A DNA stretch of 63,934 nucleotides, counting the filler, from Reclinomonas americana ATCC 50394 (lineage: Eukaryota): the NCBI GenBank assembly GCA_048213135.1. It is 15 parts of 15 records of this genome, joined end to end, with 100 filler letters (N's around TTAATTAATTAA, not from the genome) between each part and the next. Parts side by side here need not be neighbours in the genome. Positions count along the whole stretch, not along the records: positions 53,946 to 56,867 come from AFZH01017969.1; positions 56,968 to 59,110 come from AFZH01017970.1; positions 59,211 to 61,100 come from AFZH01017973.1; positions 61,201 to 62,799 come from AFZH01017977.1; positions 62,900 to 63,934 come from AFZH01017978.1; 10 more parts are not named here. One strand, 5' to 3'. Under the pieces are notes generated by a model, which searched no databases, had not been told where the DNA came from, and worked only from the letters and a program-made list of their open reading frames with translations. The position numbers and the translations under genes are program-made. This document shows positions 54,106 through 63,934 of this stretch, one piece after another (within the stretch, counting starts at the first letter, position 1; every line of letters begins with the position of its first letter).

Positions 54106-54357
54106 TGCTGCTGCCCACTGTGCCTTGTGCTGATGCTGGTGGTTCTGATGCCGGTGGCCGTGCTCATTGATGGACTGCTGTTGGGGGTGTGGCTGCTCAC
54201 GTGCGGCTACTGCTGTGCGCGACCTGTGCGCAGTGTGCAGGCGCAGTGGCGGGGAGAGTGGGAGGACGTGGAGTGTTGTGCATGCACGACCGTGTGGGAG
54301 GCGAGGAGAGCCGAGGAGGAGGAGCGGAGAGCGTCAAAGATGAGACCGCAGCAGTGA
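54106..54357 (+). CDS. Last exon of a small Cys-rich membrane protein
   Basis: After a polypyrimidine-AG acceptor: CCCPLCLVLMLVVLMPVAVLIDGLLLGVWLLTCGYCC...*. Upstream exons are not resolved. Confidence 0.45.
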   Translation, partial: CCCPLCLVLMLVVLMPVAVLIDGLLLGVWLLTCGYCCARPVRSVQAQWRGEWEDVECCACTTVWEARRAEEEERRASKMRPQQ

Positions 54358-54658
54358 TGATAATGCCATTCCCAGTCGACACAAGTGGGAACTGTGCTGT
54401 GCTGGCCCCAGCCCCTCCCACCGCAGAGATACGTGGGACCGACAAACACGTTTACACAAATCGCGGGAGGGTTGTAAGTGGAGGAGACAAGGGGGAGAGA
54501 AAAGAACACACACAAAATGAGAGCATATATACGGAAGGAGGAGAGGGGAGGGGGACGTGGCAGTCTCGCAGCAACACACAATGCGCCATCGTAATAAAAA
54601 AGGAAAAGGGGAGGAGAATTTCAACAGCGACGAGGGCGACCGGGCATCGACGGGCGCG

Positions 54659-56324
54659 TTACTTGACCATGTTGTAGATGAAACTGCGAGGCACACATAC
54701 ACACAGGGAAAAGTGAGGATAACGCACACACCGACATACTCACGCGTTTTGTTCCGACAGGCCAACTCACCCCGCCAAACTGCAAGCACGAGCGCGCAAG
54801 TGAGACAATCGAAAGAAGCAGCAGATAGGTGTGGCAGAAGCGAACGCAACGCCAAAATGATGCAGATGCAGCACACGTCGAGGCAGAAGCGACCGGGCCC
54901 ACGGATCTTGCCCAGCGTCTCCTTCAGCCTCTTGTTGATGCCGTACAGCTCCTGGTTGAGGTGATCGGTCTTGTCCTCTAGCTTCTGCAACATGGCATTC
55001 TGTCTGTCCACCGTCTGGCCGAGGCTCCTGGCCTGCTGTCCCAGTTCGGCCACACGGCCGCCGAGCTCCCTCACACCAGCGTCGATCCTGGCGTCACGCA
55101 TCTGCACCTCCTTGTTGAAGTCACTGAGATCGATCTCCGGCAAGTTGGTTCGTGTGGGATCCTCTGCATGCACACACACAAACGCATCGTCATGTGAGGA
55201 TGCCATGCACGAGGGGAATCGCGCAATGCGAGCATCTTGCGCGCAATGGCCACGCAACGAAGCGAGTCCACCGACGCAAATCCACCCGAGGTCGGCGCAG
55301 CCGAAGCGCGCGGTGCCGTGGCCGGCTTCTTGAGCTCGTTCACCTCCTCCACGTGACGACGCATGATTTCAAACGCCTGCTTCTTCAAGCTGAACTCACG
55401 CTCCAACTCATCGCTCGGCTGCAGCGACGCACGCAAGATGAACACACACAAATGCGCAATGATGCGTGTGTGCGGCGGCGCGTTCAGACCTTCTTGCGAA
55501 GCTTCTGCTGATCACGCTTCAAAATCTCGTCGCACTCCTGCATCCAATCCTGCACCTGCTTGAAGTCCCTGTGGATCTTTTGCGTAATCTGCACCTTTTC
55601 TCGCGACCGCGGGTCATCCCGCTGCAACTCCTGCTTCTTCTTCAAATCCTGCGATTCCAAGGTAAATAAAAGCGACTGTGTAAGAAGAGGAAGCAAGTGA
55701 CCGTCGCACCTCGCGGATCTCCTGCAGCTTGTTGGCAATCAGCCGCTTGCGCTGATTGAACGGGTCCAACCTGTGCAAACAGGCGCGCGCCATGTCACAC
55801 TCTTAACCTCGAAAAAAAACAAAGCACAAACGTACACAGCAAACGATCGCACACACACACACGCGGTGCAGACACGTACACAACATGCACGCGCTCACTG
55901 TCGACTCCTCACAGGGAAAGAGAGAAACAGCGAGTGAAAGTGAAGTCAATCACACACAAAGAAATGGAATGATCGCTCTCCCTTGCTCTCTCTTTCACTA
56001 CCCGTTGTACTGTGCGCTCACTGTACGTGTAATAGACAGTGCGTGTGTGTGAGAGAGAGAGAGACACGCAACTTGTTGAACTCCTCCTCCTCACGCGCCC
56101 TTTGCGGATCCGTGCGCGCGTCCAGCGGATCGTGGATATCCAGCAGATGCTACACAACATACATAGAAAGAGCACACAAACAAACACAAGACAGAGTCAG
56201 CAAGAGAGTTTGGAAATGACCGACTGACCAGCGCGCCATCTCACGCACTCTCACGCACTCACACACACAAGAGAGAGACTCACTCACTCACCCGCGTCAG
56301 GTTGCGCAGTCGGTTGTCCTTCAT
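54659..56324 (-). CDS. Qc-SNARE, SYP7-like
   Basis: Spliced MKDNRLRNLTR|HLLDIHD...KLDPF..., SNARE motif (DARIDAGV..LGQQARSLGQTVDRQNAML..KTD..LYGINKRLKETL) and tail anchor RFCLDVCCICIILA..FIYNMVK*, typical of SYP7. Confidence 0.85.
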
Positions 56325-57096
56325 GCCCGCCAAGTACGCCGTTTGCAGAGGTGGTCTGCACAAGAAAAAAAGAGAGTGAGAGAAAGAGAGAGAACAAGAG
56401 AGCGCTCTCTCCTTTGCACAACACGCACACACACACACACATCATGCACGTGTATGCGTGGTCTCTCTCTCTATACACAAGCACGCACAAAAGCGACTCA
56501 CAACACTGTCTCTCTCTCCAAAGTATGTCTCTCTGTGCCCCTCTCTCTCACTCTCTCTGTGTTGCTCTTACCTTTGCTTGAGAACGACCTTGCCAACCTT
56601 GGCCGGCTTACCCGGGCCCGAGCCACTTGCAGGCGCAGCAGCACTCATCGCAGTTGTTGAAGTTGTGGTTGAAGTTGTAGTAACAGAAAGTTGTTGCACA
56701 AGTTAAGGTTGCTCACACACACAAACGCGTTGGACTCCCTCGAGCTGAACGACACACACACGCGCGCGCTCTCTCTCTGGATAGGTGAGCGATGCAAGGT
56801 GAGCGGTGATCAAAGGAATTTTCATTTCATGCTCGCAATCAATAAGTCGTGCGCTTTTTTTATCTGANNNNNNNNNNNNNNNNNNNNNNNNNNNNNNNNN
56901 NNNNNNNNNNNTTAATTAATTAANNNNNNNNNNNNNNNNNNNNNNNNNNNNNNNNNNNNNNNNNNNNTAGATGAAGGAGAAAGATAAATGAGGGAGAAAA
57001 TACAAAAAAAAGAGGGTCGGCGAGAGGCCTGGCCATGGCACTGCGAGCGCGATACGGAGGCATCTTCAGATCGCACGGCACGGTACGCCGTCCCAC

Positions 57097-59005
57097 CTAC
57101 GTCGCGTAGCGCGTGATCTGCATAAAGGTTAGGAACGCAAAACAAAGGGTGACGACGATATGACACAGCCACCCACCCAGCTGCAGCGGCAGAGTGTGGT
57201 TCGTGTAATGCCGATGTCGGTGGGCGCCACTTGCACGAACGCGATATCGATGGAACAGCAGCTGTTGCCAGTGACACGTCCACCAACCTTGACAGTGCTG
57301 GCCGGCGTGGACAGCACCTGTCGGCGACACGTCGAAGAGATTCGACTGACCACCCGGCACAATCGACCACGTAAATGTGTCAGCCGTGTTGTCATAGGCC
57401 GCGCTGAGGATGCCGACCACTGTGTTGGCGACGGCTGTCGGTGGTGTGTACGTCAATGAAGACAGCGCAATGGCGGTGGGTGGCACGGGCACTGCGCAAT
57501 AAGTAGCTAGAGTGAGGGGGTGGGAGTGCAAGGTGGCGACTGCTAGCGAGCAACAACGCAACAGTCGCTGATGACAAAATTGCGGTCGGAGAAGCCGCCC
57601 ACCGAGTAGTCCGTCGCTCGAATCTGCGGCGCCACAAAAATGTCAGTCACAGCGAAGGAAAGGGATCCGGGATATCTCTGCACATACACTCTGATCAAAT
57701 TACCGTGACAGTCAAGGCAGTGCCACGCTGACCTGCCACCACAAAGGCCAACTGGGGCGGCATCGTGGCCAGCACGGTGAAGAGGGCGCCGGAGCCGCCA
57801 GGTCGCACGGCAAACGACACAGTTTGGCCAGTGTTCACATCCACAGCACTGAGAATGCCAATGGGCTGCAGGGCGCTGGTGGTCGGTGGAGTGTAGGTGT
57901 TGCTGCTGAGCGAGATGGACGTCGGTGGCACGTTGGCTGGCGGAGGAGGAAGCGTGAGTGTGCCAATCATCGATTCAGGAGACAGGCTGGGTGGTACAGA
58001 CCTTCGTTGATTGTGAACGTGGATGTAATGGAAAGGCCGCCCGAGTCGGTGGAACGCACTTGCACCAAAAGACCGTTACCAGTGAGTCCCGCGGTGGCCA
58101 CCAACAGGCGATCGTTGCTGATGCTGAAGGCCAGCTGATTGACACCGCCGACAATCGAGTGCGTAAATGTCTCTCCGGTATTGCTGTCGGTGGTCGTCAG
58201 CTGGCCAACAGTGGCACCCACCACGCCCGGCGGCGTGTACAGTTGCGGCGACAGAGTCAGTGCCGTTGGTGGCACATTGACTGACCATGCCGCGAGAAAC
58301 TTGATGAGAAACAACCATCAACAAACAGCAAGCCGTGACCACCGACCTTCGTTGAACGTCAGCGTCTGCACCGCGCTCCGGCCAGTGTTGTCCGTCACCT
58401 GCACACAACAGTCAGCAAGCACAAAGGCACCGCACTTGGACACCGACAATCCTGCAAACTCACCTGCACAACCACCTGCAGTCCGTTGCCCGTCTGACCC
58501 GCAGAGCGGAGAACCAACTGGTTCCCTTGCACATCGAACAATGCAGCCGAAGTGCCACCCACAATGGAGAACGTGAACGTGTCGCTGATGTTGCCGTCCA
58601 CAGCTGTCAACGTGGCGACCGGCGTATTTGCAGACGGCGTGGGTGCGGAATACGTCGTCGCCGACACGGTGATACCCGACGGTGCAACCGGATCTGTGAG
58701 GGAAAGGCAAACTTGGAAAACAGCACACGTCAATAGCCAACAGACAAAGAATGGCACGCAACTGTCGACGACGGTGAATCTGGGAAAGTGGAGGCAGCGT
58801 GAGCACACAGACAGATTTGGATGCGACGCAGTTGATCAACGCAACTGTTTGTCGAAACTGGCTCCGGCGGCATCCGTGGCTCGAACGACCACGGCGAGAG
58901 TGCCCCGCTGACCAATGTTGCGCAACACCAGACGGTTGCCACTCACAATGTCGAATGCAGCTGCATTTGAGCCACCGACGATACTGAAGGCGTGCACATC
59001 GGCAA
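57097..59005 (-). CDS. Cadherin-like repeat protein (at least 5 repeats; 5' part lost in gap)
   Basis: ~95-aa repeats of the form N.PPT.I.LS..Y....VG.L...D.N..DTFT.SIVGG....F.I....L....V.VR.TD.GG...FTI, with introns mostly near repeat borders. Confidence 0.75.
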
Positions 59006-59210
59006 CTGCAACAGAAGAGAGACGGAAAAGATGAACGATGAGCAACAGAAACAATTGTGTGCACCTAAAGAAGCAATACAAAACCATTGGCATCAGTGGC
59101 TGAGAGTGTGNNNNNNNNNNNNNNNNNNNNNNNNNNNNNNNNNNNNNNNNNNNNTTAATTAATTAANNNNNNNNNNNNNNNNNNNNNNNNNNNNNNNNNN
59201 NNNNNNNNNN

Positions 59211-60960
59211 CACCGCTGGCGGCGGCGGTGGCGGTGGCGGCGGCTGAACCGCTGCAGCACCTTCAGCGTTCGCGTTCCACAGAGAGTGTAGGCAAGCCAT
59301 AGCAAGCCATATGGCGAGGATGCAAGCCGAGCTCTTCTCGTCTCGGTCTACGAGCATCTCGCCGAGGATACACTCGACGGGGGTCCTTGTGCACTGCAGC
59401 GTCTTCTTGCCTCCCGGCGGTGTGGCATACACGCTCCCGCAAATACAGGTAGCAGTCGATCCCGATTCTGAAAGCCGTTGGACGACGCCTTGCGGTGCAT
59501 CCGCCGGATACAACTTATGGCGCACACCAAGATGATCGAGCAGGATGTCGAAATTGGCGCTCTAGCACCAAAAACATTAGTCCATAGGCAACTGCAGGGC
59601 GAGCCAGCTAGCAGGCGTCAAACGTACCATGAGTTCCATGCGAGCACAGAGGTCGCCGAATCCGCACAGCTGAAGGAGTACTGCCGTTTTCTTCGGAATC
59701 TTGCGACGGCGAATGACAACTTCTCCGCTTGCCAACACGGCCGATGTTTCCCTCTCGACCATTGACTGTACGCCCCTGTTGAAGTATGGCAACAGGAAAT
59801 ATGTACAACGGCCGGAATAGCAGAAACTGCGCACAGGAGACAAACGCAAGATGAGCTTGTCTTTCTCACGAGAGAGAGAGAGGAGAAGTGATGAGACTAA
59901 ATGAGAAGGGAAGAGAGGAGAAGAAAGGAGAAAAGAATAATGAGGAGGAGAGATGAGAATAGGGAGAAGAGATCAGATGAGATTGAGAGGCAGAGAGGAG
60001 ATGAGAAGAGAAGACAATGGATGTGACGAGATTAGAAGGGGAGCAAAGGGGAGAGAAGAGAAGAGGAGATGAGAATATGGAGAAGAGATGGGATGAGAAG
60101 AGAAGACAATGGATTGGATGAGATGAAGGGAAGAAAGTGAGATTGAGAGGCGATCGAGTAGAGAAGTGATAATGATGAGAGGAGGAAGAAGAAGAGCAAA
60201 AGGAAGAGAGGAGAAGAAAGGTGGCGAGGAGATGACAGGAGAAGAGAATTCCGCAAAGACGCAACAAGATGGCAATGCCATTGAAGTGCCCTGTCCGAAT
60301 CGAGCGCATCCACCACCACGCTGTGACCACTCGCTTGTTGAAGAGCGCTCGTACACATCGCCCCACCATTTTTCCGGATCCGAGTCGAGCGTGGTGGACT
60401 TGCAGGGATCTTACTCGCATCGCAAACGCCCACATGTAGCGCTGCGCATACCGCCGACCAACCTTGATGAACGTCACACCTTGAGGATGAACCAGACGAC
60501 GTCAGCGCACGTACAAACCACCACAAACACGTTGCAGGTCAAGAGGACGCACGCACCGTTCTGGTTGTCGACTCTGCAGATGGTGGCCAACGTGGACACT
60601 CCAGGATCAGCAGAGTGAATCACGACGGAGCCGCTCAAGTTCTCCACCCGTTGCACCAGGACAGCATCTCGATCTCGAACGACATCGTCGGCCGATTCAC
60701 CGTCGCCGTCCTTGCCGCCCACCTTGTCCATCGCAACGGCAGCCTTGTGCGTCTCGGCCATTGCCAGCAGTTCTTCGATGATGGCACCACCGCTCCATGC
60801 AGCGCGGCCTGCGGCAGGGCCATCCACAACACGCGAGAGGCACTTCTTCAACGCCGGCAGAGACAACGGGTGCCGGCAAACGATCGCGATCATCTCGTCG
60901 TCGGTGTGGTTGTGATGCTTTTGGAACAAGGCGCATGAGAACTCCACCAGTGCGCTCGAA
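59211..60960 (-). CDS. Hypothetical multi-exon gene fragment(s)
   Basis: Coding-like minus-strand segments (60474-60947, ~60250-60480, ~59580-59850, 59211-59525) are separated by a purine-rich intron-like block; no recognisable family. Confidence 0.3.
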
Positions 60961-61036
60961 GCGACGCCTGCAGTTATGTCAACAACAATGCAGCTGCAGT
61001 GAGAATTTGTGGCACAGAGAGGGATTGATTGGTGAA

Positions 61037-61072
<36 letters not shown>

Positions 61073-61200
61073 GGGAAGGGGGGGGAGGGTAGGAGGAGAG
61101 NNNNNNNNNNNNNNNNNNNNNNNNNNNNNNNNNNNNNNNNNNNNTTAATTAATTAANNNNNNNNNNNNNNNNNNNNNNNNNNNNNNNNNNNNNNNNNNNN

Positions 61201-61627
61201 CCGACTGCTGGAGGGGCACACTTCCAGTGTGCGCGCTGTTGCTGTCGCTCCCGACGGGCGGCACGTGGTCAGCGGGGGTGCGGATAACACCGCGCGTGTG
61301 TGGTCGCTGGCGAGTGGAGAAGAAGTGCGACGATTGGTGGGGCACACTGACTGGGTCTCATCTGTGGCCGTCTCTCCCGACGGGCAGCACATCGTGAGTG
61401 GGAGTCGTGACTCCACCATCTGTGTCTGGTCCACTCCGTGTGGCCTTGCTCAGCAGGAGCTCCACGCGGCGCGCTCGGCCTTGCTTGCGGTGCAGGGGAT
61501 GCAGCAGCAACAGGAAGGCGTGGTGGACTCACGGTGCCTGCCTGAGATGGTGCTGCGCTGCTTCATTATGGAGGAGGCAGAGGTCGTGGTGCACCGATCG
61601 TTTGCCGACCCGGAGATGCATCTGTGA
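61201..61627 (+). CDS. WD40 family gene, cluster 3 copy 1 (3' part)
   Basis: Two WD40 repeats plus STPCGLAQQELHAAR...RCLPEMVLRCFIMEEA..PEMHL*. Confidence 0.88.
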
Positions 61628-61909
61628 CGCGCAGCCAAGGGAGGCTGGAGCCGTCGGCTTTTGTTAGTCGTGCATTGTCTGCCTCCTATTCTTCTCCTCG
61701 TGCTGCTGCTGTGAACGAATGAAATGAGTGTGACGACCGCTCGACTTCTTGTCAGGATTTGGTGCATGCGCTCTTCGTTGCATACATCCTGGGCTACATT
61801 ACGTCCATTCATCAATCAACCAGCAAGTGTGCGCGTGGAGACGACGACGTCGAGTGAAGGACACTAAATATCAATTTCTTTCTCGCGCACGTTAGCGCAC
61901 TGCATCTCA

Positions 61910-61946
<37 letters not shown>

Positions 61947-61953
61947 GTCAATC

Positions 61954-62799
61954 ATGTCAGTGACTCCTCGTCCTGTCTTCCTCTGCCAGCATGTTTTGGA
62001 GGGACACTCTTTCTCAGTGTCTTGTGTCATCGTCACTCCCAACGGCCGACATGTTGTCAGTGGAAGTCACGACAACACCGTGCGAGTGTGGTCACTGGCG
62101 AGAGGAGAGGAAGTGCGACGGCTGGAGGGCCATTCTCAAGCGGCGTTGTCTGTTGCCGTCGCTCCCGACGGCAAGCATGTTGTGAGTGGGAGTCTGGACA
62201 AGACCGTGCGAGTGTGGTCTCTCTCGCGTGGGAAGGAGGTGCGACGACTGGAGGGACACACCGATTCGGTGACGTCTGTCGCCGTCTCTTTCGATGGTCA
62301 GCATGCGGTGAGCGGGAGTGAGGACATGACAGTTCGAGTGTGGTCTCTCTCGAGTGGAGAAGAAGTGCGACGGCTGGAGGGACACACTGGGTGGGTGGAG
62401 TCTGTCGCCGTCACTCGCGATGGCCAGCACGTTGTGAGTGGTAGTCTGGATATGACAGTGCGTGTGTGGTCTCTGGCGAGCGGAGAAGAAGTGCGACGGC
62501 TGGAGGGACACACTGCATGGGTGTCGTCCGTGGCCGTCACTCCCAACGGGCAGCATATTGTGAGTGCGGGTGGTGGAGACAGCTCCATTCGGGTGTGGTC
62601 TCTGGTCAGTGGGGTGGAATCGAGGCAGTTGGAGGGACACACTGGCAGTGTACGATACGTCGCCGTCACTCCCGACGGGAGGCACATCGTGAGCGGGGGT
62701 GATGACACAGCAGTGCGAGTATGGTCACTGACGAGTGGAGAACAATTGTGGCAGTTGGAGGGGCACACGAACTGGGTGAAGTCTGTGGCCGTCACTCCC
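61954..62799 (+). CDS. WD40 family gene, cluster 3 copy 2 (5' part)
   Basis: MSVTPRPVFLCQHVLEGH followed by more than six highly similar repeats, cut by a spacer. Confidence 0.9.
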
Positions 62800-63499
62800 N
62801 NNNNNNNNNNNNNNNNNNNNNNNNNNNNNNNNNNNNNNNNNNNTTAATTAATTAANNNNNNNNNNNNNNNNNNNNNNNNNNNNNNNNNNNNNNNNNNNNC
62901 CCTCTCTCTCTCCCTCCCTCCCTCTCTCTCTCCAGACCTGTCTTCAATCAGCTTGCCTCGTTCGCCTCCTCTCTCCTCTCCTTTGAATAACTCCCTGTCG
63001 TGCTTTCTTGACGGTTCCGTTCCCCTGATACGGCGTACCTCACTGTCATGGCTGTGATCATCCTTCCTCTTCCTCATTCCTCTCTCACTCTCTCCAGGCC
63101 ATTCTCCGATCATCTTTCCCCTTTCGTTGCCTCTGCTTTTTTCTCTCCTGCGAACTCTCTTCTGCTTACTTGTCCCTTCCGTTGCTTGTTGTCTTCCTCT
63201 TGTCTCTTCCGAAACACTTCGCAATCAGGACTGTGCTCATCCTTCCTCTTCCTCGCCATCTTGCATGCGCCTGGTGGCCTTGTCGACCTGCTCGCCTCTT
63301 TTCTGCTTGCGATAGCTCTCGTAGCTCGCCAGCTATCCTTTCCCCTGTGCTCTGCTCGATTCCTACCTTTTTCTCTCTCTGCTCTGCTCTTTATCCGATC
63401 TCTCCCGTTCTCTCCCGTTCGTCGTGACTTTCCCTTTTCGTCCCTCCTCTCTCCCTTTGCTTTCATACCCTTCCTCACTCTTCTTCTTTCTCACTCAGG

Positions 63500-63934
63500 C
63501 ACTTGGAGGCGGCAGCAACTCCGGCCCCGCCCTCATGGAGAGAGCCTCGTCGGATCCCGACGCCGAGTGCCGGCGCCTCGCTCTGCAAGCACTCCGAATG
63601 GCTGCCAGTTGCGCCTCCCCTCGTGACAGCCTCCCCTCACCTCATCCACACCCTCATGTGTCGTTGCGCAGAACCACTGTTCCCGTTCTGCTGGCTGCTG
63701 GAGTGGGGCGTAGTTGGAGTGGCCACCAAATGCACGTCGGATCCAGACGCAGGCGTGCGACTGCGCGCGCATGCACTGTGCTTGGCGATTGCGGTGCATC
63801 ACAGCGACGGTGTGCCGCAGTTGACCTTGGCCAAGTACTTGTCCATTGCGGTGTTGGCGCTGAATGATGAGGGCGAGGGAGAGGATGTGCGAGCCATGGC
63901 CTTGCGTGCACTCAACGAGTGTCTGAGTGTGCGC
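63500..63934 (+). CDS. HEAT/ARM-repeat protein, internal exons
   Basis: SDPDAECRRLALQAL, SDPDAGVRLRAHAL and NDEGEGEDVRAMALRAL show the HEAT-type D.d..VR..A..AL pattern. Confidence 0.6.

Overview
Eukaryotic, GC-rich, microsatellite-laden genomic DNA from a protist. A dynein LC4-like light chain suggests it is flagellated, and COQ5 with an apparent mitochondrial presequence suggests it is aerobic. The window consists of 15 contigs joined by artificial ~100-nt spacers (N44-TTAATTAATTAA-N44). Several genes continue across spacers, so the order looks like real scaffolding. Housekeeping genes have many short introns: USP20/33-like deubiquitinase, NEK kinase, COQ5, PDRG1-like prefoldin, OSCA/TMEM63 channel, RpiB, LC4-like EF-hand protein, eRF3, SYP7-like SNARE and a HEAT-repeat protein. 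Between them lie expanded, apparently fast-evolving families. (i) Three tandem genes encode RING-like/TRAF-zinc-finger/coiled-coil/TLDc proteins, with near-identical zinc fingers but divergent TLDc domains. (ii) About 11 intronless, stand-alone WD40 genes in three tandem clusters show hypervariable surface positions, mosaic repeats and a shared, unrecognised C-terminal helical domain. (iii) One gene encodes a Crinkler-like PD-(D/E)xK nuclease + kinase. (iv) One encodes a protein of bacterial-style cadherin repeats. My best candidate for an undescribed system is a diversifying sensor/ubiquitin-ligase (cell-autonomous immunity-like) repertoire; this functional reading is inference. A recurrent unusual splice donor, GTTGCG, is also visible. 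Exon structures were inferred by eye.
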